From Podarcis erhardii (taxonomy: Eukaryota): a stretch of 64,000 bases of DNA. A program made the translations under genes and the position numbers. The stretch lies in assembly GCA_964252035.1 (NCBI GenBank), contig OZ176203.1; one strand, 5' to 3'. This document shows, in pieces, positions 1 to 12,729 of this stretch. Within the stretch, counting starts at the first letter, position 1. Each line of letters begins with the position of its first letter. The notes under the pieces were generated by a model. It saw only the letters and a program-made list of their open reading frames with translations. It had not been told where the DNA came from and made no database searches.

Positions 1-1402
1 TCAGGCTAGAACAGGCCTGAGTGCGTTGGGATGTGACTCACAAGCCCTTGAGTCAGCTGCCTTTGTGTTGTTGCACAATAATGATGTTGTATTTTGCTTA
101 ATATTTATTTGACCTTCTCTTGGGTGCAGTCTCCTTCTTCTGTTTGTTAATGAGACATCTTATTAGCTTAAAAAGGAGCCTATTAAGGGGTGCTCTGGAT
201 TTGATCCCCCCCCCTCATTTAAGCTATGCACATCTTTTCCGACTTTGAATAGTGTTTTTCAGCTCTTGTTAGAATAGCAGCAGGAAATATTTGCTTGAAT
301 CTCAACTATTTAGCCAGGTTTGAGGATTTTGTGTATCATGATGTAGTGAATCTTAAACCCTTGCTCTGTTAGGCCTGACCAGGCACACAGTCATGTTCAT
401 TTATTACAATGTAGATTTATATACAGGAAAATGAGTACGTGTGGGGGGGGGGAGGAGTGTCTCTTAAAATAATTTTATTTGCTGACCTGTTTTTTATTCC
501 ATTGGATGCTCTTATTGGTTCAACAATATGTATTACCCTACGGCTATAGCTTTACTAAGTAACTACTTAGTGAATCTGACTAGCTTCACTAAGTAACTCC
601 TCAAATCTGACTAGTGCAAAGCATCGTAAAGCCATTGTGAGGACAAGCTGCTGGACTAGATGTTGGTAGGTTCTTCTTACGCAGAGATTAGACATTAAGG
701 GTTTCAGAACAAACACCTTATGGGCACAATCCAGTCAAACTTAAGCACTTGCAAAACTCCCCATCTTAAACCAATGAATGAAACAGAGAATGAGTATCCA
801 CTCTTTAGTTGTCTTGTTTTTAACTTAGCTGGTTCATCAGTTGCTAAAAGTTAGAACAGCAGCAACATCCATTATAAAAACAAATACTGCCACATTCAAT
901 CTTATATTTATGAATCTGAAAATGTGGAAGTGGCAAATGATAAGAAAGAAATCTGGAAGATTAGAATTTGTTAGTTTGTGTAGGGAGTCCCCTTGGGTGA
1001 ATAATTGTAGGTTAGATTATAGGATGTAGATAATATTTCAAATCTCTTAAAATTATTACTGATTTTGAAAGCTTTCTACAACACAAGTAATTGCAAGTGC
1101 TAAATTGCATAACTTTATTTAATATCTTTTAAAAACTAAGTACGACCTGCCTTAGCAAGTGCTTGGAAATTACTTCAGGTGATGTGTACACAGTTGACTA
1201 CTATGCAGTATATTCAAGGAGTGGTTTGCTTAAAAAGAAATGTATCTTAATCTTAAAGTAGTTGCCCTCTTTCCCCCCTTCCCTTTCCATTGCCTTGTTT
1301 ATATTATATTGAGATTTTGGTCTAATATGGTGCCATGTTGAGATTACCCTTGAACAATTGTAAGAACAAGTACTAGGATTTGTATCTTGTGAAACAGGTA
1401 AC

Positions 1403-1404
<2 letters not shown>

Positions 1405-1444
<40 letters not shown>
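1405..1444. repeat. (AT)20 microsatellite
   Basis: Pure AT dinucleotide run; source of the YIYIYI tract in ORF 1201..1482. Confidence 0.98.
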
Positions 1445-1447
<3 letters not shown>

Positions 1448-1759
1448 TGGTGGGTTTCTGATGACATTTCCTTTCTATACATCGCTGAAACATGATAATT
1501 TGGTATAAGAACTATTTCTTACTATGACGTGTTACGGATTTCCTTATATGCAGGAAATGTTAAGGCTTCCAAACGTGCTTCCTAAAGGATCTAGTCAAAG
1601 TAACCTAACTTAACAAGCCTTATTGCAATGCCTTAGTGTGAGGGAATGTGCAATTCTTTAAAAATGTGTGGAGTGGTGGGTTTGAGGTATGTGTTTAGCT
1701 TTTGTTTCTTTTACCAAGATATAAAATCTAGATAATTACTTCTTATTCTTTTTCTACAG

Positions 1760-2007
1760 GTTTGGCGTAATGGTGGAGGTGCTGTTGGTCCAGAAATTTT
1801 AGTTGCTCCTCAGTCGCTCAGTAGTCAGTGTAGATTCTGTTTTCTCAATCAGCAGCTACATCTGGCTACTGGGTCTCTGAAGACATCTTGTGGCATCTCT
1901 TCACTGATGACTATTTGGATACCTTGAACTGCTGTTACTTTTCCATGATACAAAAAAAAATTATTCAGTAATGTCCAGAGCTATGTCTAAAAATGGTTTT
2001 CAATAAA
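1760..2007 (+). other. Candidate 3'-terminal exon, probably non-coding
   Basis: Strong acceptor TTCTTATTCTTTTTCTACAG|G at 1759/1760, upstream donor CAG|GTAACA at 1397/1398, AATAAA at 2002, 2112 and 2744; no recognisable protein in any frame. Confidence 0.3.
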
Positions 2008-4598
2008 ATGATCCCACTTTCCAGTGAAAGGCTTTTATGTTTCTGATTGGATTTAAGGAGGCCTTTCATGTAGAGGCCTATAATTTTATTATAGAAACGA
2101 TCACGATTTACAATAAACAGTAGCTAATTCTAGGCAAAATGCACAGCAACCAGCTGCTGTCTCTAACAACAATCGCAGTCTGTTGTTCAAATCTCATATA
2201 GTCAATCAGGAATTCTTTGTAACAATATGTTTCCCCAAATGAATTTCGATAAGACTTTGCAACTGTGTTGTTTTTATTCAGTTCAGAATCAAAATGTATA
2301 TTTGCTTGAGACATGTAATAACGTAATCTGGCTCACACTTATATTGGGCACACTTGCTAAAATGTGACATTTGAACCTGTGCACGGCAGCTTCTGGGGGT
2401 TCCCAGCAGGGCTCTGTTCAATGGAAAGCCGGGGGGGGGCATTGAATGGGAAGCCACAGTAGACTGGATTGTGAGCATAGTGATCTCCACTATTTTTAGT
2501 AGTAGTTCACTGATCGCCTCCATATGCTATTTGGGTGCGCACCATCAATTTTAGTATTGATTTAGTAACATATCAAAGAAGAGCAGCCAGTCTTGGGGCC
2601 TGAACCTGGCATACAATGTAGAATTCTGTGTTTGTTAATCAACAGCTACATTGTCTGCTGGGTTTCAGGCTGCTTGGAAATTGCAAAGCAAATTTGTACC
2701 TGACACCTTCATTCTGCATCCTTCTGCCTATTTTTCATTGTGAAATAAAGTTGAGTTGTATATGAAAAATGTCATGTTGCGATTACTTCTCCTGTGAAAT
2801 GGTTTAAAGCCTTTCTTTCATTCATTGGTGTTCTTTTAATCTTAGTAACTTTCTCTTTTGAAGAATAAATTGAACGTTTCAAGCTATGTACTGTATTTTA
2901 AAAGATAAATTTTTTTGAGTTGGTGTTGTTACATTTTCTGGATAAAAAGAAGAGCAAACTATAAAGGGGCATTTAACATACTTAGTCCAGTGAGATCAGT
3001 TTTTTTATACTGAGAACATATCAAAATGCCCTTTAACTCTACACATGTAGGACACTGTTACAGCACAGTCTTCCATGATTTCTTTTATTGCTTTAGAGTG
3101 CAAGTGGAACAGCTTCATAACTCAATGCTTTTCTGCATCAGAACTAATGCATCAGCAAGGAGGCAAAGTTAGAATTCAAGGCTACATTTCTTAAGAAAGG
3201 GAGTCTTTGGCATGGAGAAATACTCAGTAAAGTCGTTTCCCCCACCTGCATTCTGAAGCGGTGCAGTCTGTCTAGGGCTACATCTCATGATTCTTATGAA
3301 TGTGTAGGTCTGCTCTTGGAATCAGAATCAATATAAAACTCTTGTGCTCCACTGTGTTCCCAAGACCTATATTCTAACAGTATATCATTGTGTGTAGTGG
3401 ATTTCTGTTTTGACATTTTGCTTCTTGCCCTTCAGAAAGTGTAAGCTAAAAATCCACAATTATATGACAAGCAATAGCTTGATTCTGTGAGCCACACTGC
3501 CATGGAAAATGTGTTCCAAGTGGGGATCTCAAGAAGTGTGGAGGGCAAACAGTTACAGAAACATGAATTGTTGTTAGGCTGATGATAGACACAATAGTTT
3601 GATGATGCTGTGCAGTTATGCCATATAATCACCCAGATGATCATGGTAGGGGTGGTGAAACTTGGGTAATCTCAGAGAGATTGCAGAGTGGCATCTAACA
3701 TGCCACAGAATTGACTTACCATCACATAACTTCATATGCCTCATATTCATAGCAGCCTGTTAATAAAAGAATAATGAATATGCAACATGACAGCAAAACA
3801 TTCTCAATTGGCCAAGCACAAAATGTTGCAGTAGTTACCTGGGTGGAAGCTATACAGCATGCCATCTCAGCAGACCATATTGATAGAACCTAGGTAATTA
3901 TTATTTTTTGTGCATTTTGTTGTCATTGGAAAACTGCATTGCAAAATTCAGAGAAGCACAGGGTTTGAAGGAGGGTTGTGTTTCAGTCTGTGTATTGATT
4001 AACATATGAACTGAACAAATCTCTCCATCCCTAAATTTTGCATTATACTGTAGCCATGTGTAACATTCCTGCAACCACCCTTCACTGTTGCAAAGTGCCC
4101 AAAAGCAGTGAAGAAAGGCTACTACATTTCTTTCTGTAGTAGCTACTTTCCAACAGAAGCTTCCCTAGCTGCAATCCTCCTACCAATGTTCTGGAGATTG
4201 GTGTATTTAGCAGATCTAGAACCCTGTTTTGGTTCTATGGTTTGCCGTATGGTTTGCCATAGAGCAAAGACAATTAGACTAACAGCTGAGAATTAGAGAG
4301 GGTTGGTGATCATGGGCCCTTGGGAGCAGCTACTGTCCAGCAACCCTACTTTGCCCCATTCATAGTGATGAACACTACATAAACTCATGTCAGTGCTACT
4401 GTTAGCAATGAGTCACCTCCCTCAGCAGTTTCACTTCCCCACCACATTTCAGTTGCACAAATGGTGTTGAAATATCCATTGTTGGCATGTGGTTCAGGTT
4501 CCTGAATTGTCCTTAAATCATGCTGCTTGCGTTTGTCAAGAAGAATGCTATAAGAGTTGCTACTGCTAATTGTTCTTCAGGTGATAGGTTTTGTCAGC

Positions 4599-4841
4599 CA
4601 GTGGCAGAGATTCCTGGGTGATGGGAAGTCACCACTTAATTTATTATACACAACACTCTGTCGTGCCCTGCTGGTGGTGTTTCTAGGGCAACCGGCTTGT
4701 CACTATTGAATACTATTGAATACAGTGGCAGAGATTCCTGGGTGATGGGAAGTCACCACTTAATTTATTATACACAACACACTGTCGTGCCCTGCTGGTG
4801 GTGTTTCTAGGGCAACCGGCTTGTCACTACTGAATACAGTG
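4599..4841. repeat. Tandem duplication, 124-bp unit x2
   Basis: CAGTGGCAGAGATTCCTGGG...CTTGTCACTAYTGAATA starts at 4599 and again at 4723, with about 2 substitutions and an extra CTATTGAATA at the junction. Confidence 0.95.
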
Positions 4842-5930
4842 CAAGCCAATGGCCCATGTAGTCCAGTATCCTGTTCTCATAGTAGGCAACCAAATGCTTA
4901 CAAGCAACCTGCACACAGGACCAAAGCGCAAGAGCACTCTCTCTCTCCTGTAGTTTTCAGCAACTGGTATTCAGAAGCATGCTGCCTCCAACTGTAAAGG
5001 CAGAGCATAGCCATTGATAGATAAATTCATGGATCCAAAGACTAATTCTTTTAAAGCCACCCAAGTTTGTGGCAATCACTGTGGAGCCAATTCCATAGTT
5101 TAATTATGCATTGCATGAAGAAGTCCTTTATTTTGCTCATCCTGAATCATCTGACGTTCAGCTTCATTGGACGTCAATGAGTTCTAGTGTTATGCACAAT
5201 TTTATACACTTCTATCACGTCACCTTTTACTCACCTTTTCTCTGAACCCCAAAAGTTCCAAATGCTGCAGCCTTTCCTCACAGAGGAATTGCTCCTTAAT
5301 TATTCCCTTTGCCCTTTTCTGAACCCTTTCCAACTCTACAATATCCCTTTTGAAGTGAGGCTACCAAAACTCTAAAAAAGTATTCCAAATGCTGTCACAC
5401 TGTAGCTTAGTGTAATGGCACTATGATATTGGCAGTTTTATTTTCAACTCCTTTCCAAATTATCCCCAGCAGAGGGATCATTTGCCTTTCTCACAGCTCC
5501 CACACATTGGGTCGGCATATTATTTCAGCTATCCACTATGACATCAAGGTCTTGTTCCTGGTCAGTTATCACCAGTTCAGACCCCATGAGCATATATGTG
5601 AAGAAAGTGTATCGTCTGGCATTTTACTGCCCATTCACTCAGTTTGGAGAGGTCCTTTTGGAGCTCTTCACAATCTCTTTGTTTTAATGACCCTGAGCAA
5701 ACTTGGCCTCGTCACTGCTCACCCCTAGCTCCAGATCATTTATAAAGAAGTTAAAAAACACAGCGAACCAATACTGATCCTTGGGTGTCTTCACTTTCTA
5801 CATCTGTCCATTAGGAGAACTGTCCCTTTACTCCCATCCTCTGCTTTCTATTACATAACCAGTTCCTGATCCACAAGAGGACCTCTCTTCTTATCTCATG
5901 ACTGCTTAGTTTACTCATGACTCTGGTGAG
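4842..5930 (-). mobile_element. CR1 LINE 3' portion, degraded and 5'-truncated
   Basis: CR1 3'UTR motif GCCAATGGCCCATGTAGTCCAGTATCCTG followed by reverse-strand RT-like sequence (ACCCTTTCCAACTCTACAATATCC, AACCAGTTCCTGATCCA). Confidence 0.8.
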
Positions 5931-5932
5931 GT

Positions 5933-6065
5933 AGTTACAGGTAGGTAGCCATGTTGGTCTGCCGTAGTTGAAACAAAATAAAAAATAAAAAAAATTCCTT
6001 CCAGTAGCACCTTAGAGACCAGCTAAGTTTGTTATTGGTATGAGCTTTCGTGTGCATGCACACTT
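5933..6065 (-). mobile_element. Penelope-like element terminal-repeat fragment
   Basis: AGTTACAGGTAGGTAGCC...CCAGTAGCACCTTAGAGACC...GGTATGAGCTTTCGTGTGCATGCACAC; same family as 40908-41472. Confidence 0.7.
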
Positions 6066-6109
6066 TTAAAGTTCAAGTATACAATGCCAACCAGATCATC
6101 TTGTATCTA

Positions 6110-6179
6110 CAGTGGTACCTCCAGTTACAGACGCTTCGATCTCCAGAACGAATTAAGTTCTTAACCTGAGGTACCACTG
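6110..6179. mobile_element. Internally deleted Tc1/mariner (Tigger-like) MITE
   Basis: TA|CAGTGGTACCTC...GAGGTACCACTG|TA; 12-bp TIRs and TA TSD. Confidence 0.9.
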
Positions 6180-6684
6180 TATATGCTTGCTGACACTTGT
6201 AAATAATTTTAGTGGGTTAGTAAAGCAGGGCTTGCATTTGCTGGTTCTGCTTCAGGAAGACTTGGCCTTTTTAAAAAATATTGAACAGTACTTTCCACCA
6301 GCTTTCCTCAGACAGATTTCTGTATTTCATTGATGCATGCCACAAAGGGAAGAGAAGGGCACAGTAAGTGGGCAAAAGGTTCATGCATATTGCTGCTTAT
6401 AAGACCATTTGCCAATAGTTGCATGGTCATGATTCAGTTTTAATACAGAAATAAAGATTTTCATTTATATCAAATATGGGTTTCTTTTTAAATCAGAATA
6501 TTTTTAAAGAAATGCTTATTATGATTGAATTGGGTTTTTTAATTTACATTTTCAAATTAAAATATATGACTGAAAATAAAATGTTAAAAGGGTTAATTTA
6601 TAATCTCTTTTTTAACCACCCTGGTTAGGTGTCTGATATCATGCTCCATTGAATTAGAGTACTTTAAGACTATAGGATGACTTA

Positions 6685-7045
6685 AGGTAAAGGTAAAGGT
6701 ACCCCTGAGCATTAGGTCCAGCTGCGGACAACACTGGGGTTGTGCGCTCATCTCACTTTGTAGCCCGAGGGATCCGGCATTTGTCCGCAGACGGCTTCCG
6801 GGTCATGTGGCCAGCATGACTAAGCTGCTTCTGGTGAAACCAGAGCAGTGCACGGAAACTCCGTTTACCTTCCCGCCAGAGCGGTATCTATTTATCTATT
6901 TGCACTTTGTGCTTTTGAACTGCTAGGTGGGCAGGAGCAGGGACCGAACAACGGGAGCTCACCCCGTCTTGAGGATTCAAACTGCCGACCTTCCAATTGG
7001 CAAGCCCTAGGCTCAGTGGTTTAGACCACTGCGCCACCCGCGTCC
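6685..7045 (-). mobile_element. Sauria SINE, full length
   Basis: tRNA-like head GGACGCGGGTGGCGCAGTGG on the minus strand, (ACCTTT)n tail, perfect 14-bp TSD TATAGGATGACTTA at 6671-6684 and 7046-7059. Confidence 0.95.
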
Positions 7046-8639
7046 TATAGGATGACTTAGCATTGGTTTTTAAAAAATCACTATGTTTCATAGCTTATTT
7101 TATCAAAATCTAGGCAGGGATTCTTGATTTACCAGTTTTAGCTTGTGAGTTTACATATAAAGGCATAGTGAAGGCAATTTCTCTCACTTGGGGAAAGAGA
7201 AGCACATGCATGAGTAATACAATTAGAACAAGTATTTTATCTTCACTAAATAGAAAGTTTTATGTAGAATCATGTATCCTTTGTTCTTTCTGTTGCTTAG
7301 TAACACTTGCAAATGCCAGGCTCTTCTCAGTCAAGGCAAAAAGGAGTTTGGCTGTTAGCTCCAGTCATCAACTGAAAATACTGTTCTAGAATTAAGGTCT
7401 GTCAAGGTAATGTTGCTACTTTTCAGATCAATCACTCTGCATATGACGACTATGCGTTCCCACATGGAATAACAAATTTTGTTTGTCTGTTTTTGCTGTT
7501 CTTCATTTATGGATTCCATTTGCTGTTCTTCATTTATGGATTAATCATGCACTGGACTTAATGGATCATTTGCTTCATATAGCAGAGATTGCTATAGCTT
7601 AAAAAAAAAAGTTCCTTTAAATAGGAAAACTAACCATATGCACATTTTCCTCCTACGTTTCCATAGTCCAGCCTGCTCAGCTATAACTGTTACCAATGCA
7701 GCATCAGCAGCTGTAAAGGGTATCGTCTGTGCTGAGACCAGGAAATATGAGCTGCTGTTCCCTTAAGTGCACCTTCTCTGTTGCCTGAAATTCTCTTAAG
7801 CAATCTGTGTTTGAGTCCTTCTTTTGGTTTGGTTTTCTTCTTGAATCATATAGGAAGACAACTCTATTTACAGTATGATCCACACTCACAAATGTGACCC
7901 TGTGCACATAGCTTATAGCTGATTTTTAGTCCCATTAGTTTAAATGCAAGAACACCAGCTCAATTGTCTAGTGGATCACAGTCGTCGTTGTGATTTTGCC
8001 AAGTGTCCTCTGAATTATGGCTTGTTTACATAGACATAGTGACTCTACTTGCCAATAGTTGTCTGATGCTAAGAAGCCAGTTTCATTTTGTAAGGGCGTG
8101 AATACTGAACACAGCTAGGTCAAAAGGCAAATGACACTAAAATGATTTAAAATGCCTACAGCATCACTAGCTTTACCAAAATGACTAGCCAGTGGAAACC
8201 CTGTGATCTAACTCTGCAGCTGTAAAATTCTTATTGAACCATAAGCAGCTTTATCTACAACCTATAGTCAAAGATCAAAGTGAAATGGTTCTTGCTGTGG
8301 TTGAGCATAGCTAGAAAAAAGTACTTTAAGTAAACTTCTCACTAATAAGCTTATCTAATCCACACCCCAGGGGAGGACTAGCAATTACAACCCTGTTTTA
8401 AGAAATTGAACACTTTACTTAACGCCTAGCTTTGCTTTGCTTTCCTTTCTTTCCCCCTTTCCCCTTTCCCTTTCCTTTCCTTTTCTTAAAATAGCCATTG
8501 TATTTTGGTTGTGTTTTTAAAGTCAAGTCATCTTTATATTGGTACGATCATGCTGCTCTTTGGTACAATTAACATTCATGAGATAATTAAGTCCTCACGC
8601 ATTTTCACTGAAGGGCCCCCTGCCTGGACTCACCAACTT

Positions 8640-8705
8640 TACAGTTTCCTGCATTGCCAAGGGTTTGGTTAAATGACCTTGAGGTTCCTTCCAACTCAGT
8701 GATTC
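8640..8705 (+). mobile_element. CR1 3' tail fragment
   Basis: TTTCCTGCATTGCCAAGGGTTTGGTTAAATGACCTTGAGGTTCCTTCCAACTCAGTGATTC resembles the CR1 terminal hairpin/tail. Confidence 0.65.
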
Positions 8706-8726
8706 CGCATGGGCAGATTACTGGTA

Positions 8727-8941
8727 CAGTGGTACCTTGGTTCTCGGACTTAATCCATTCCAGGAGTCCGTTTGACTCCTGAAACAGTTCAAAAACCAAG
8801 GCGTGGCTTCCGGTTGGCTGCAGGAGCTTCCTTCACCCAAGCGGAAGCAGCGGCGGACGTTTGGCTTCTGAAAAACTCTTTGTGGCATTCAGGAGCTGAT
8901 TGGTTTGGCAACTAAGTCGTTTGAGGATCAAGGTACCACTC
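8727..8941. mobile_element. Tigger-like MITE, second subfamily
   Basis: TA|CAGTGGTACCTTGG...CAAGGTACCACTC|TA; internal sequence differs from the other copies. Confidence 0.85.
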
Positions 8942-11900
8942 TATTCTGTTTTGAGTCTTGGCCTACCCCACAAAAGAAGCATACACAATACTTTGTTTTA
9001 TTATCTTCCAACTTCTGCTCACCACCATATAAACATTCAACACTCTCTGACTATGTGAACAGGTTCAGAAGTGATAAACTGTGGGTGGGTGGGGGGGGAG
9101 AAGTAGGATATGGTTGTTTCCATTAAAAGATGTTCCCTACCTTTGCCAAAAATGCTGAAAGGTGGAAGGGATTGCTTTGGTTGACAGCACAGCTCAACCT
9201 GAGGAGCCATTGGGCAGCAACTGAGCCACGGGGACTAACCTCAAGAGCTCTCTCTGTAGGTTCATCCAGACTTCCTTTTAGGCACAGATCCATGCTTTAA
9301 AGCTCTGTGTCTGAGTGGCAAAAATTTGAATGCCATTTGTTTCACTTCAGTGGTAGAACATGGGTTTTCCCAGGGAAAGCGCTGGGAAAAGAAAAATGCT
9401 CTGACACAGAGTTTTAAAGCCCAGACCTGTGCCTACAAACACAACACAAAAGGAAGTCTAGATGAGCCCTCTATGTGGCATGTGTTGGAAGTGTTGGGAT
9501 GCCACATAGCTTGTATTGAAGTATGAGAGAGGGGAGTAGAGAGAGGAGAAACACTCTTGATTCCTAGTCTTCCTGTTTCCTTCTCTTCTTCATGCCTCAT
9601 TGGGAGAGGCTATATCTTTCCTTCGCCTCTCTCCTGCAGAGATGAAAGAGCAAGCATGGCTCTTTGCATCTCCACCTTAGTTACCTAGATGAATATATCC
9701 TATTATCAACTTAGATTTCTTATTTCCCATACTCAGAAGTCTCAGTGTGATTGCATAAAAAGTACAGCATGCTCCTCCAAGCAGGTATTCCAGTGCACAG
9801 TTCAATTTCTGCTGATGCACTTAAACTAGAGATACCAGCAGCATCTCCAAAGTCCCTTTCTACCCCACCTCAAAGTTGAGGAAAATTAATTTCACTTCTC
9901 TCTCTTCCATACCTCTTTCCCTCCCCATCTGAAGTCCTCCTAGGTCTGTCACTTTCTAATACCCAACACCATTCCTTTCCTTTTCCTTTTTCTCCTTTAC
10001 AACAGATATAATGCCCATGCAATTCAAGGATCTCATAGTCAACCTGCTTTATTCTTTTCCATCAAATATTAAGCTGCCTGATTTGCAGATCTGGTGCAAA
10101 CACAGCTCTGTCACTTTCCTTACCTTCATTCCCCTTTCCTCTGCAGCCTTGCCTCTTAATGTATTTGAAAATGGATGTGCCCTCAAATAAGAGCTATTGG
10201 CCTTGTTAGAGAAGCTGGGGCTAACACATCTAAGTGTATAAGGATATCATGATGGTGGTGGTGATGTTCAGATGCAAAACTGGAATGCATGTCTTCCTTC
10301 TACTTTAGCTCATCATCTGTTATTTTGATTTATGGAGATGGATCCACAGAAACTACATACCCTGTGATGTGAAAACTTAAGAGTTGAGGAGAGCGTATCA
10401 CAGGACTTCCTTGCAGTGCACCTGCTGCACCTGAAATGTTTGGATGTTCTTGTTAAGTACACAGAGTTCTCAACTGGGTACTCTGTAAACAAGAGCAGGT
10501 GGAAGGTTTTCACCAGTTTCTGCATTTTTCCTGTTCTAAGCAAATCATTTGGAGGGGGAGGAGACGCATTTTGTGTATACTTGTGAAAGCTGTAATTTTC
10601 CAAGATGAATTGGAGGAGGGTGCTGGAAACAATAATTTCATTCTGTGCCCCTACATAAAATATGGTGTGCCTACCCAAAAAGAAGGAATGAATTAAGAAG
10701 CCTCTTTGCTTTTGTGCATCTCAAAGCAGACTTAAAGCAAGACTGCTTGGGGAATCTTTGTGCCTCCAGAAGTTGTTAGACTTCAACTCCCGTTGTTTTC
10801 AATGTGCATGGCTGATGGTCAGGGGTGATTTAGCTGGAGATCCGGGGGGGGGGGCAAGGTGAAGAACATAAGAGTAGAATTTCAATGTATTTTTTAATAA
10901 AACAATATATGAGTTTTATACTTTTAACAAGCCAGGAAAATAAAAAAGCTTAAAATAAATACCAGGAGCATTTTAACTTTATGGTGGATTGTGACCAAGA
11001 GAGGCAGCTAAAAATGTAAGCAGCTATTTTAACATAAAAGTCTAATTCTGCTTATTAAATAAGATGATCTGGCAACTTCATGAAGCAGGCTTTATGCTTT
11101 AGTACTGGCACCACTTAATTTACAGCCTGTCTCATCCTGCATATCTGTTCTCTTCCATCTGTTAATGTTCTGCAGCTTTCCTTATGATAAATACTTGCCT
11201 ATTAACACCCGTTCCCTCCTCCTAGCTTCCTTCAATTCTTTTCTGAATGCCCTTTGCCCTACCTGCAATTTCCCCTCTTCCACAACCAAGCTGCTTCTCT
11301 GAAGAAAGCTGTCTAGGTGTGAAGAGAAGGCCATGGGAAGGGACAAATCTGGCATGAGTAAGAATAACTGGGCTGTAGCCAGAATCAAACTGCTTCAATA
11401 GCGTGGTTGCACAAATGGCAATTACATCACTAACAACAGTTGTACGAATTGTTGTGCTACCGTGCACTCATAAACTTCATACAAGTTGCTATATGTGATC
11501 TATTTTTACATCTTACTTACTTTTGACATAAAGCTTGCTTCACATGGTAAAAATAGATAAAAAGTAGACAGGGGTGGCTCCAACAGAGTCTGCCTGTGCT
11601 GCAGTATGTATTGTTTGCACACACAAAGTGAGACTGGCATTATAAAATCAATTATTTAACAAGCTGGAGTTAACATGAAAACAATAGGATGGAGCAATTA
11701 GAGCTACATGTTGCCTGTAAGAACTGAAGCAGGAACCATTAGTATCCACTTGCTCATTAAAGATCAGTTGTGTCGTAAATGCTGCTTAATAAGCAAAACA
11801 AAGTAGCCAAGAGTTGTATTCATAGCATTTTGAACAAGCCACATATATAAACAATTTCAAGAGCCTCTAAAAGTGAAATCCCTTGAGACCAGCATTCCGT

Positions 11901-12559
11901 GGCCTGATTTTCATATGTAAGATTCAGGTTCAAATCTCTGCTTATTCACTGAACTCACAGTCTGGGTCGAATTGTGTCGTGTCCCAGGGTTCTTCCAGAT
12001 AAGTGCTTATTATGGGATTGCTGCTCCTCATGCATGCAAATGTTTTGCTGCAGCCACATGACATGGTTGGCATCAAAATGCCAGCCTCTATTTCTCTTCC
12101 CCATTTATTCCCCATTTATACTCTCGGGGAAATCCAGTAAATAGTAACTAAAAATGCCACCTACCTCTTTGTGATATCTCAACTACCCATTTACAAATTA
12201 ATCTGGAAGCACCCATGCCCTAACTTTCACGCCTTTAAACCCTGAGATTAGAATGGTATTTCTGTATTGACCAGAAAAGTGTGAGATTAACAGGAAGCAT
12301 ATTCACCTCTGTTGTATGACTGCATGGGTGATTCCAGTGTCTGAGCTTTCTCTGCAAGTTAGGAAAATGCACTGCAGCAGAGGAGTACAAGATAAAAACT
12401 AGCATCATATATTGGGATGTTGGGTAAAAAACAGACAACTATTGAAAAATAGCTGATACAGTTTTTGGAAGACTTTCTGTAAAGAGGTATCATCTGTACA
12501 ACTAATTAAAATTTTAAGAAGCAAAAATATAGCAGATTTGATAAGCCAAACACTTCCAG

Positions 12560-12729
12560 CAGTGGTAGACCTTGCGGTTTCAAATTTCAGTACAGTAGTG
12601 CCCTGTGCAACACCAAAAATTGGTACTCCCCCCACCTCTTGCACACCATTCAAAGTAATAGTTGTGGCACCCTCAATGTTCCACAACCAGTACAACCGAA
12701 CCAGTCACGCTCCCCTAAATCTGCCTCTG
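12560..12729. mobile_element. hAT-type MITE, old
   Basis: Degenerate TIRs CAGTGGTAGACCTT / AAATCTGCCTCTG; flanks CTTCCAGC and CTTCAAGC (7/8 TSD); accounts for the ORF cluster at 12405-12968. Confidence 0.6.

Noticed and set aside
1450-1530. CTGATGA...CTGAAAC read as a C/D snoRNA, hammerhead or SECIS
   Set aside because: Only ~20 nt separate the C- and D-like boxes and the site is far from the acceptor. As a hammerhead, stems I-III do not pair. There is no correctly spaced AAR loop for a SECIS.
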